Shown in pieces: positions 49,361-61,389 of a stretch of DNA of 64,000 nt. This DNA comes from Dipteris shenzhenensis. Lineage: Eukaryota. The position numbers and the translations under genes are program-made. Location: assembly GCA_047967505.1 (NCBI GenBank), contig CM106538.1; one strand, written 5' to 3'. Numbering within the stretch: the stretch's first letter is position 1; every line of letters begins with the position of its first letter. The notes below the pieces were generated by a model that did not search any database, was not told the origin of the DNA, and was given only the letters and a program-made list of their open reading frames with translations.

Positions 49361-51419
49361 CTAGTAATACAATAGTAATGCAACGAGGAATGCTTATCGA
49401 AGAGAGAATGGAATGGCTCATGGTGGCGAATGTAGAGAAATGCTTCTTGGAGAGAGAATGGCACCTGAGAATAAAAGAAAGTGGATGGTTGTTTTGGGTC
49501 ACCACGCGGGAAGGTGGAGCTCTGTTTTGATTTTGGGTCCACATCTCTTGATAGGACAGGCAAACCGTAAATATCATTAGAACTGTTTCCACATGCGGCA
49601 GATCTCTCCAGAGTTGGAGCACAAATTCAACGCAAAACTAAAAAACAATCCTCTTTTCGCCAAAATGTTGACAGAACAAAAACAAAATGGTCAGCAAGTA
49701 AACAACAACAATATGTTAATTTTGGAGAAGCAGAGACACGTAAATCCGATGAAAATGATAATGATTCCATGTCGAAGAGGATGACGATGATGTGGGTAGC
49801 AGTAGTAATTCATGCTACTGCAAGTAGTAGGAACCGGCTTGGATGGTTGCTTGTAATGGCCCTTTGGTTCACCAACCTCGCCACCGCATCCTTTGTGTGC
49901 TTCGCAATCCGATCCATGCTACTCCAAAATGCTCTATGCAACCCACTCATAATCAGAATCATCAACAATTCAATGTATGGAAAGTCTAGTTTTTTATTTT
50001 GAAAACGTTGTGGGAATGAAGTTAACACACCTGCAACAGCTTCAACTCGAGGCCAGATTGTTCAAATGCATCCACCGTCTTCCCCTCCAATCACCCACTT
50101 CTGCTGATCCAGACGCATTACATTCGTGAGAGGCTCGTTCATCCAATAGAGCAAGCAGGCATCAACGTCAGCAAGCAAACTACGTGACATTGTAAATCGG
50201 CAATTGAGCAAGAATTTAGCAACAACAAACTAAGCAATGGCAAAGGATCATATCATGCCATGCCGAAAAAGGAATTGAGATGCAGGAGAGGTCAGAGCAT
50301 ACAGTTCGTCACTCATCGTGTGTGCCTATCTAGCAAGGCCTTCTGGCTTGCAGCGATGGAAAGCAGTGTTGCTTTGCCCTCACCAACGCTTTGGCTTCAC
50401 TCTCACACATCCGTTAGCCTCCTTTTCTCGCCAAGCAAAATTTCAAATGTGAAACATGAATGTCTCCAGTGGGCACGGCAGAGGCAATTAATGCTGACTG
50501 GGTGGCTGTCAGTTGGTGGAGCAAGAATGCTGTGTCCCACGTGGTCGGATCTCCCTTAACACCACCCTCAATGCCATGCTCTAGCTCCTTGAAAATGCCC
50601 CTGCTCCACCCCACATAGGGCAAAGGTATGCCATGTGGCTGCTTTACCAGAAGTTACCACGTGGCAATCTTTGCCATTAGAAAGTATATGGATGCATTGT
50701 TGGAATTTAGATTCCTTGTAGCGATAGTTAGAGTGTAGTGAGCCAAGACACACAATTACTGATGTTATTATCCTGCTCGTTGTTATTGTCAATGCTGGGA
50801 TCCATTCTGTATGTCAAAAGTATTCAACTACCTAGAGACACGTGGGGCGAAGAGTGGTCGGAAGATGATTACGCCCAACTTTGCAACGAATTTGCCGAGT
50901 GCCTGAGGATAGATGTAGTGACCATCCTCTTGTCGTTTCCCCCATCTTTGCAAAACTTGTGCGGGTCCCTCATTGTTCCCACCAAACTCTAATTTCAACA
51001 TCGGACCTTTGGTCACTCTCGGAGCTTAGCCCTGTGTTCAACATTCATGATGTCACCCTGCACCCACCTAGTCAGCTCAAACCATGCCTCGCTCAATGCC
51101 GTTAGCTTAGACATCTGTCAACCCAGCCTGCAGCACATAAAAGTTGTACCCTGCTCTCTCAAACAAACCTGTACCCAAAAGCCTCCCCTTTTTTCACTTC
51201 TAGGAGCCCTTTCGGTCAAACCTGTACAGGCACGATAGCGTTGAAAGAACCCCGAAGCCTCCCTCATGCTCTTGCTCCTGTCAAGGCTTACCGACAACGC
51301 CAAAAGAAACACTGCCAAGACTTTTGCCAGGATGGAGCCTGTTTCTACCCACGTAGACGTTGAAAATGGTAACGTCTCAACCTTTTCCTCCTTTGCAGCT
51401 CTATTTCTGAAAATCGAGG

Positions 51420-51725
51420 AGAAACTATAGAAACAAAACTACCTGAAATGTCAGAAACGAGCTAACAACAGATAGAGACAAAATGAAACTATAGACATAT
51501 ACGAAACTACAGACAGAAACAAAACGAAACTATAGACAGAAAGAAACGAAACTAAAGACAGTAATGAAACTACCTGAAACGTCAGAAACAGAAACTACAG
51601 ACAGAAAGAAAGATAAACTACAGATGGAAACGAAATTACCTGAAATGAAACTACACATAGAAAGAAACGAAACTACAGACAGAAATGAAACGAAACGAAA
51701 TGAAACTACCCGAAATAGATGAAAC
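51420..51725. repeat. Degenerate GAAAC/GAAACTAC minisatellite
   Basis: Many gaaactac(a/c), gaaacga and acagaaa units. Confidence 0.85.
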
Positions 51726-51948
51726 AAATATTTTGTTTTAACACACATTCAAACATGGTTGCATATTAATACTATTCGATTCTCTTGAAGGATTCTCTCG
51801 AAACCAATATTCTTTCATGTCTCATTAGAGTAAGAGATATATGATATGTCTCATGAGAGTTGATATTAGCATGTCTAATTAGGGCTATGATATGCCTCAT
51901 TAGAGTTAGAGATAAAGGAGAGACTCCTCCTACAAGCTTTCTCCTCTC

Positions 51949-54900
51949 TGTCATGACAAGAGAAATCACTTATCTGTGATTAGTAGACATTAAAACATTA
52001 CTATATATCATACGCCAATGGCGTAACATGTATATGTATTTATGATGGACACCGACCAATTTGTTATGGCGGCGGATCATTTGAGTAGATAGGACTAGTC
52101 GAGTTGGAGCCACTACTTCAGACGGCATCAAATTTGGACATGTGATACTTATTCTATTAATAAAAATGTATACACACGTGTCTAGGTCCTAGGGGCAATA
52201 GAAAGGGAAGGGTGCATTAAGGTGCATTGAATGGTAGATGCATGGGCCACAGGCTAAGGGTAGGTGTAAATGGGAAGATGGAACTTGGGTGATCTCAAGG
52301 GACATTAATGAAAGGGTATCACCCTTTCATTGTGAATCTCACGTAGCATTCTACATTCACATTGCATTCATCCATCATCTCACACACACCTTGCATGTAG
52401 GACGAAAATAGAAATAAGTACTCTCACGAGGGTGCTCTTCCCCATTGGAGGGCCAATCGGCATTCAAATTCTGCATACATTACACACATTTGCATTCTTG
52501 AGAGGGCTGGTTCTTTACATTTGGTATCAGAGCTTCGACGTTCCACTACAGGGAAGGAAAGAGAAGGAGCGAGCACGAGACAAGGCGCAAGCGTGCGGGA
52601 CAGTAGCCAACATGGAAGGGAGCCGCATGAGAAGGTGGCGCACAGGGAAGAGTGCAGCAGGGCATGCATGGACTGTAGCATGTAGACAAGGGTCCATACG
52701 AAAAGGATGCATGACAGCAAGCGTCGAAGCCCTGTAATCGCAGACCACGTGCAAGAAGGTGCGAGGGGCAGATGGAAGGAACTTTGACAAGGGCGGTGTG
52801 GAAGCCATGGTATGAGCAGCAAGGCTCGGGACAACAATCTACGACGTAAGGCTGGCCGTCATCCTGTTTCTACATCGGGGGAGCAATCTATGGTGCAAGT
52901 TTGTCTGACATGATGTTTCTACGCCGCAGGAGGAAGGCCTAATTTCTCAGGAACGCAATCTCTGAAATACAGAGCCTCTGAGGGAAAGGGCTTTCCCTAA
53001 AACACAGAGCCTTTGAGGGCAAGGGCTTTCTCTGATTTTTTGGGTCTTTGGATGGGGAACGGGGTGTCCTAACGGGGTGACTCCCCCCTGTGCGAATAGA
53101 CCCTTAAAACCCTTAAACCAAGGGAAAAAGAGACCCGCCCATTCTCCCCAACGGAAAGTCATATTGGAACAAGATTTTAAGGGGGTGCTCCACCCATCAA
53201 GTACCCCCTATAACGGTATCTAGAGCACCAATCTGCTCAAAACAAGTAGCCCAAATGGAGTATACCAGTTTACAACATAAAAACAAGGAAGAAAGGCTAA
53301 AAGAGAAGGAAGAAGAGGTCAAATGAAGTAGTTTTTCGACACAAGCAAAGTGGGAGTGGGATAAGTACCACCAACTCTACAACACTTGACTTTTGTTGTA
53401 AAATAAATCCCTTTTCTGAAATTACAGCAAGCCATTTTCTCTTGTATTACTAAAAGGAAAGAATGGAAGGAGGAGGGATATTTAATAATGAACTTGTCCT
53501 TTTTCCTCCACTACCAGAAGGACATAGGGAGAGAACACCATCACCTCCTCTTGAAGAAGATAATGTAGATGAGAGTTACACACATATTGAGTATGATAAC
53601 CCACGTATAGAATTACCTTCATCTCTCCTTCAAGAATCTCTTGATAGGGAGTTTTCCTTCAGAAATGAAGGGAGAAATGAGTCCATCCAAGAGCAAGGCG
53701 CTGAGTTTACACCTTTAACTCAAAATCCGATACACATGGATTATAATCCAAGTGCAAGAGGGAGAGAAGAGTCTCCCATTGATAAACTAGTTTCTCAGAT
53801 TAGCCATATGATTGAACAATCCATTATGACAAAATTAGGGACTAAGAGAGTGCTGAACTTTGGGGATGACTATTTAAGTACCCCGTCAAAGAGAGCTAAA
53901 TTCCAACCCCGAGAGAGAATAGAATTCCCAAAGTATGATGGAGCAAGAGAGGCGGATAAAATCCTCAATTGGATTCGCCATTTTGAGCTATATTTTGCCC
54001 ATCAAGATAAGACGGACCACGAGAAGCTTGCTCTTGCCACACTGCACCTACAAAAGGATGCTTTGATGTGGTGTCCTTATTACAAATGGGAAAAGAGCCT
54101 ATTCTTCAATGGTCTAAATTTGTAAAGCAACTTAAGGCCACTTTCATGCCTCTGAGGCATGAATAAGAATTGACCTTAGGAGGGTAAATGTTTCGGATGT
54201 AAGAAACATAAGCCAGGGCATCCATGGCATAAATGTCCTACTCTATCAGCCAAAATTGTCAAAACCAATTCTGTAGAAGGGAAAGGCAAAGCATCCAAGC
54301 AGGAGGGTGAGGCTTCTAACTCCTCATTCCAGGACTCTACGATGAACATAGAACCAAGAGTAAATGCTATCCATTCAGCCAACACTGGTGTATGGATGTG
54401 TGAACTGAATAGAGAGTAGGCATATTCATTGTAGAGTATGGACAGAGAATAAATTTTTTTCTCCTCCGTGTAGAGCGTCTGATAGGATAAATAGGGCTGA
54501 AATAGAAGAGTTGGAAAAAGAGATTGAAGGTCTATAGTTTCTATAGACTAAGTAGCTCTCCATCGCAAAATCATCCATAGCCAAGGTCTACCTAGTTCAA
54601 TGAAATGTTTGGGTGAGAGAATCCTTTTAATATTGACCAGTTTGTTGAGAATGTGTTTCAGCTTACTGAGCAGGTTGCTATAAAGAGATTTCAGCAGCTA
54701 AGTATTCAGAAGGGGATTCTGAGTATGAAGAGATACTAAAGAGCCACTACAGTGGTACTTCTGCATTTTGAATATTCACCATCAAGAGGAACCAGAACTT
54801 GAAGATGAGATTTAAGTTTTGATTCAGAAGAGATCATGTACTACTAAGAGAAGATTATTTGCAGATTATGAAGAGGAGATGCAAATGCAGAAGTAAAAGA

Positions 54901-55544
54901 GAAAAGCATACGCAAGACAAAGAGACAAGAGAGGATCCAAAAGAGGATTTCTGCCCATTCAAGCAGGAGGGAGTGTCATGACCAGAGTAATCACTAATCT
55001 GTGATTAGTAGACATTAAAACATTATTATATATTATACGCCAATGGTGTAACATGTATATGTATTTAGGATGGACACCGACCGATTTGTTATGGCGGTGG
55101 ATCATCTGGGTAGATAGGACTAGTCGAGTTGGAGCCACTGCTTTAGACAGCATCGAATTTGGACATGTGATACTTATTCTATTAATAAAAATGTGCACAC
55201 ATGTGTCTAGGTCCTAGGGGCAATAGGAAGGGAAGGGTGCATTAAGGTGCATTGAATGGTAGATGCATGGATCATAGGCTAAGGGTAGGTGTAAATGGGA
55301 AGATGGAACTTGAGTGATCTCAAGGGACATTAATGAAAGGGTATCACCCTTTCATTGCGAATCTCACGTAGCATTCTACATTCACATTGCATTCATTCGC
55401 CATCTCACACACACCTTGCACGTAGGTCGAAAATAGAAACAAGTACTCTCATGAGGGCGCTCTTCCCCATTGGAGGGCCAATCGGCATTCAAATTCTGCA
55501 TGCATTGCACACATTTGCATTCTTGAGAGGGCTAGTTCTTCACA
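51949..55544 (+). mobile_element. Structurally complete non-autonomous LTR retrotransposon (gag only, Ty3-like)
   Basis: 571-bp LTRs 51949-52519 and 54974-55544 (TG...CA; 11 mismatches in the first ~145 nt); TSD CTCTC; PBS TGGTATCAGAGC (tRNA-iMet) at 52522; PPT AAGCAGGAGGGAG; gag ORF 53463-54125 (FPKYDG...WI..FE.YF) and decayed knuckle CFGC..H..GH..HKC. Confidence 0.93.
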
Positions 55545-57665
55545 CTCTCTTGTTTTAGTTTGGGGTATGATGCTGACAAATAGGATGTAGATGGGATGGA
55601 GATGGGATGGGGATGCGTAGATGAATAAGGTTTATAAGATAGGGAGCTAAAATGGGGTGTTAGGGGGCTGAAATGAGAAAGTATATGCAACTGCATGAGC
55701 AAGCAAAGCCCAATATAGGCATGACAAATTAAAATCAAACAACTTAAACTCTAGTTATCTTATCATTGCTGCTTGTTTGCAAGAGTTGTACATTCATCCA
55801 TGTCCAAAAACATTATTGATTTGGACACACCACCAGAGCTTACAAGGAGGTACAATAGGCAAGATATACTTATTAGCTTACAGTCACCTGCGGATCAAGT
55901 CCTTGAAGCTCTAGCAAATTTACAACGTAGCCTTCAAACAGCTGGTTAGTAGACAACTATATGAACCACTTTATTCTTGTTTGTGTAATGAACATATTCA
56001 ATATCTTGCTTGTTAATGCTATCCCCTTGGTTGTTGTTGTAAGGATTCGTATGCAATCAACTCTCAATATATTAGAGTCACGTGACAACAAAGGCAAACT
56101 TCATGATCATTGGTTAAGGCCCTTGAAGCTCTCACAACATTCCAAAGCATCCTTGGTAAGTAGACTATCATTGTGTATCTAATCATCCTTGCATATAAAT
56201 GGGCATTGATGAGAATCCTTGAGGAGGGTTTTAGGGTTTTTAAGTCTTTGTGCTTGTTTTCGTGACTTCTGCAGGAAAAGGCAAGGAGAAAGGAGAATCC
56301 ATAATCTTCACATCGTATGGATGGTAAGTTGAAATCTTTCTATTTGTAATTCTTAATGAATTCATTATTAGTCCAAGATGTATCAATGATCATCATTGTT
56401 TCCTTTATGGGTCAACAGGTGGGCAAGATTACCAATATGTATTACAAGATGCCATGTGGAAGGCTCACCTCAAAGCCCCACTTGAGGAATGTGGCCAACC
56501 AACGATGGATGTCCAGGCTCATCGTCGTCTCCATACAAGACTCACTCGCACAAGACGCGAGTTGCAAAATATGGGGTTCCACAATCTAGAGGATTGGAGA
56601 ACCTCAAGAGCCCCATGAGTCTCTACTTGAGGTGTTTGGCATTCACATATGTAGCCATTTGGCAATGAACTTTTATGCCATTTGCTAATGTTATTTGAGT
56701 TATTTGTAGTCTCCTTTTAATCCAATTTATGTGTACTTTTATGCCATTTGGCAAACGTGGGAGGTTCTATGCATGGTTTTGCATCAACATATTGTAAGCG
56801 GCATGTGTGTGGGGAAGGATGTGTAAGGTGGTGGTTGTTTCTTGTATTTGAGTTGCCAAGGATTGTCATTCACTTTCTCTTGCATTGGATCTTGGTTGCT
56901 TCATGAGAAACCTCGAATAAAGTGCATTCTATATTTTCCAATTTATCTTTGCTTCGTCGTGTGGGAGCTAGAATAAATAACGGGAGGTTGAAATAATTAA
57001 AGGAATTGGTGAATGGTCATTATAAGATGAACATGCATACGATGTCCATTCAAGGGATAATATCTAAACACTTACTTACATATGGTTTTACATCCCTTTC
57101 CCTCTATTATAACTTGAATTCTGTAATTTCATGCATTAAAAAACCTACCATATGCATTTCAATGTCCATTTGGGGGGCTCAACACTATCTCAGCCTCAAT
57201 TCACTCACGGATGGACTTGTGCATTTTCATTTTAGTGTGCATTTTGAAACGTGTGAAAAAGCGACAATTCACTGTATGAGGCTTAAGCTTTCACCTTCGT
57301 TAGGCTTTTCCTCCGATGAATGAGAGCTTTGCACTCAAAAGATGCCTCGTACATGGTTAATAACAAAGTCCTAGACCCTTGAAGCAAGATACAATATTGC
57401 ACCCGTCAAATGTGGCCTTCCACATTGGCAAACTCTTTCTGATCAATAGAGACTACCAAGACAATGAAGGGTCTCTCTAGAACATCAAATTTGCACGTGC
57501 ATTGAGACCTGGAGCATAGATGGATGTGGTGCAGATAATGGGCAGGGGAAGAATTACACAATATATGATAACTTGCCTGCGCTGGTTTACTTTTAATTTT
57601 TTCGTGCGCCTTGTTCAAAATCAAATTATATAGTGGGTGACATGGGATCATGGAGCGCTAAGTGC

Positions 57666-57668
<3 letters not shown>

Positions 57669-57709
<41 letters not shown>
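57669..57709. repeat. (GA)n microsatellite
   Basis: Direct reading. Confidence 0.95.
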
Positions 57710-57711
<2 letters not shown>

Positions 57712-58665
57712 ATCCAAGCGACATCTGAGTCAATACGAAAGGAACTGACAGTTACCATGTTTTACTGTTGAGCGATCTTAAGGAGCAAACCTTTCGTAGG
57801 AGCCGTTGTCTTCCATATTCTTCTATGCAAGCTTTGAGGTGGCATCAAGCATTATCGCTGCACAGCCACCCACCTGCATACAAGCGAATGACAATTTGAT
57901 CCAGGGTTCATTCCAATTCTGAATGTACGCATCCTCGAGCCTTTACTTGGAAAGGTGTCACTTGAGGAAGATTATAGAGTGAAAAACGCTTCTTTAATCT
58001 GATCATCACTCCCAAGCCATATCATTGGGAAAAATCTCTGCTGCATGGGCTAACTAATCCAGATGTATGAGATTTCATGGCCGGAATTATGGAAATCGTG
58101 CAAAAATGTATAGCTTGCCTACTAATCTCTGTGCAAACCCTTTCACCAGGCAGAGGCAGAAGCAGGATTGCATTGCAATAGTGACGCAGAAAATTACAGC
58201 TGGGATCGGTATGGAAACTAATTGAGTAGGAGACCATCACTTTGAGCTCAATGTCGACCCCGCAACTGCAAAAGCATTTTGTTTTAAGGTAGTTTCTTAC
58301 AATTTCCAGGACAGGATGTTGCAAAGTGTGCACATGAGTACTTCTACCTAGAAACAAAGAGAACCCTAATTGCAAGTATGTTGCAAAAGATCACCTTGAT
58401 TGTTCAGTACTGGCTAGCATAATGCAAATCCTATCTTTGTAAAGACTCAAGACAAGCAAAAAACTAAGAGGTACAATTGGACTACCACAGCAGTTGATCT
58501 GCTCAATTCAACGTTGAATCTTTAGACTCTTAAATAACAAAAGGCCCGCAGATTCAAAAACTATGAAGAGATTCATATTTATAGTCCTATAACTCACCCA
58601 AACGCCCTGTACACTAACACTCGACGTTATTTGCTATACACCTGACCTCGTTGGGCTTCTACACT

Positions 58666-59884
58666 CTAATGTGTTTTCTTGAGACAGGCTACAGCAACTC
58701 CAAGAACAGCCAGAACCACTCCTGCGAAAATAAGGGGGCTCTTCACACCAGAAACCCCAATAGCTGCTGATCTGTCCCCGTCCTTATAAGGCTTCTCCTG
58801 AAGTTCCTCCTCGTCTTCAGCTTCCTGTTCAGACAAACAGATAGTTGAGGGCCTACGCTCAACAAGAAAAAAGGTTCAAGCCAGGACTAAGGACTCATTA
58901 CAGACAAGTGGCTTCTAAACCCAGTATTCAAATACTCCTACATCCCTCTTCTTGGCGGACTCACGCACTACAACTGCTTACTGGTCACTGGACAACAGAA
59001 ATCTAGGCGTCGCGTAGCGACAAATTCACAGAGCATAAGAGAAACATATAGGAAGCCTACAAACAGAATAAACAGCGTTTAGGTCCAAGTGTGTTCACCT
59101 GTGCTTTCTCGCCCTTTTGATTAACATCTTGCCCAGGCTCCAAACCGTTTTCCAGAGGCGTCCCGTTTTCCAGAGAATGTGGGACAGTCCGCTCGGCGAT
59201 GTTTGTAGCCCCTGTTTCTTCTCCTCCGCTGATTAAGGATTTATCAGATTCAATTATTGGTTCTCGGTCTCCGTTCATAACCGGCTCATCAGCATGAGCA
59301 GCCTGTTCTTGGTTGTCATCCGATGCGATCTCAACAGGAGTCTCTTCCAGGGAGCTATGTTTTGCAGGCTCACCCTCAGGGCTCTCACTACCGAGTGTGC
59401 ACTCATCTACACCGACAACGGGCGAATCCTCTGCTAGCTGCCCCTCGTCTACGTCGACGGGAGGCTCTTGCTCCTGCACCTGATGCCCATCACTAGCGCA
59501 TACGTCCTCGTCTGCATTGACTGCGGGCATACTGGGCTCAGCAGCCTGCTCTTCGTCGGTAGGCCCTTGAGGCTGCACACCGGTGGCCTGATCCCCATCA
59601 ATGGGAGAGGAATGGTCTTCGTCGACAGGAAAGTCAGGAGGGTCATTGTCCTCAAGGACAGGGGGCGTGTCGGGAGCAAGAGAGTCCGCAACAGGTGGTA
59701 GCTGGGCGGGTTCGGGATCATCGGAGGGAGGAGGCTGCTGGGCAATGGGCTGAGAGGGAGGGGGGGGGAGTTCTTGATGATCAAGAGGGGGTTGATGGGA
59801 GGGATCTGCGAAATCGGGGGAGTCGGGGGGAGGAGGCGTGGAAGCAGCAGAAGCAGAGAGAAGCTGAGGGTCGTCGAGAGACAT
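58666..59884 (-). CDS. Acidic, Pro-rich disordered protein with C-terminal transmembrane helix (predicted tail-anchored), 314 aa
   Basis: Exon 59099-59884 (ATG MSLDD..., donor CAG|GTGAAC) + exon 58666-58824 (gaacag|EAEDEEEL...LIFAGVVLAVLGVAVACLKKTH*); phase-0 join, no stops. Confidence 0.8.
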
Positions 59885-61137
59885 GGCGGACAAGGCGGAA
59901 GTGGTGTGTGTGCAAGACAGGGAATAGATAGATAGATAGATAGAGAGATGTATGGCACAAACAAAGACTATATTGATGAGTGGGAAGAAGAACAGTTTGG
60001 GGAGTGGGACAGCCCGGATTGGGGTTGCCCAATCACCTCTCTCCTTTTCTCGTGCCTCAGATAAGCCCCCCCCCTCTCTCTCTCCCCCCCTATAGAGAAT
60101 TTCTCCCACCACACAAATCACAAAACTTGGGGTTTCAGATTGTAAAAATGCCTCCATGTGTGCGTGCGTGTGTGCATGCCTCCATGTGTGCGTGCGTGCG
60201 TGCATGGCAATGCTCACAGTTAAAACATTTTTCTAAACAAACCACAAAACTTGGGATTTCAGAATGTGAAGAGGCATGTGTGTGTGTGTGTGGGGGGGGG
60301 GGGGGGGCATTGTTCACAAAAAACATTTTTCTAAACAAATCACAAGACTAAATGTGAAGATTTTTCTTTAGAACTTCAAGATTTTTTTTAACAATGAAAA
60401 TGACATGTCTCGCTCTCTTTTTCTCTACTCTTTTTCTTTCTCGAAGCACCCACTTGGAGAACTCCATCTCATGAAGAGACCTCTTCCCCCCTCCCCTTAT
60501 ATATTAGATGCCACCCCAATTGTGGACCCCATCACTAATAGTACTAGCAACATATTAGTTGAGGTGCTACTAGTATGTATCTAGTAATCAATGACAGCTA
60601 GTAGGGAGTGGGGAAGATACCACTCTCTCTCTCCCACGCATGGGGTGGTTCCTTGATGTTGACACTTGGGGACCAAAACACTCAAGGACCAAGAGTAGGA
60701 AGTATAGTTGCAATGTATTTGTGTTCCAGTGGGCCCACTCATAAATTTCTACTCATGAGCTACCAAACAGTCATCAATATCTTGAAGCTAGGTTCTTCTT
60801 TGGACAAAGCAAACTCTTTGAAACCCTAAAATGAATATAGAAAAGAAAGTAGCTTAAGACCAATTTCACATGCAACACCCACATGTAGCATAGGCATTTG
60901 ACGTTGTTTAGAATACTATGATGTGGACACTTTAAGCCCCAAAACATTTACAAAATTTCACATGCCATGAGAGACCACCACCTATACAAGCCTAGTTTAA
61001 AAAAGAAACCATATCGTATGCTAATCCCATTTACTTGACAAGCTAAATAATAATAAATCATTCATAAGGCCTGCCCAAGTTCCAAATAGCGAAAGAGGGC
61101 GGAGATCCAAATAGCGAAAGAGGGAAGGGATGAGCAA

Positions 61138-61138
<1 letters not shown>

Positions 61139-61189
<51 letters not shown>
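61139..61189. repeat. (TG)n(AG)n compound microsatellite
   Basis: Direct reading. Confidence 0.95.
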
Positions 61190-61190
<1 letters not shown>

Positions 61191-61389
61191 CTAAAAATGT
61201 TGGGGGCATGCACCAATCACAGTCCCTAAAAAATGTGGCCAAAATAAATAAAAAATAAGCATGTATTTTCGCTTCTACTGAGCGTTGCCTTCACTTGGGC
61301 CTCGTGGTGGCAGGCCAACAATCGAATGGCAAACTTGAGAAGTGACCACTAAGTCCATTCTATCGTGATCAAAGTTGCAATTTAACGAT

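Noticed and set aside
49360-51420. Region next to the Copia RT as gag/integrase
   Set aside because: No Copia gag, protease or integrase motifs recognised; left unassigned.
59885-60217. N-terminal 111 aa of the 386-aa ORF 59057-60217
   Set aside because: It translates simple repeats in the promoter/5' UTR and starts at a non-ATG codon; the ATG at 59884 (GCCATGT) starts the coherent acidic region.
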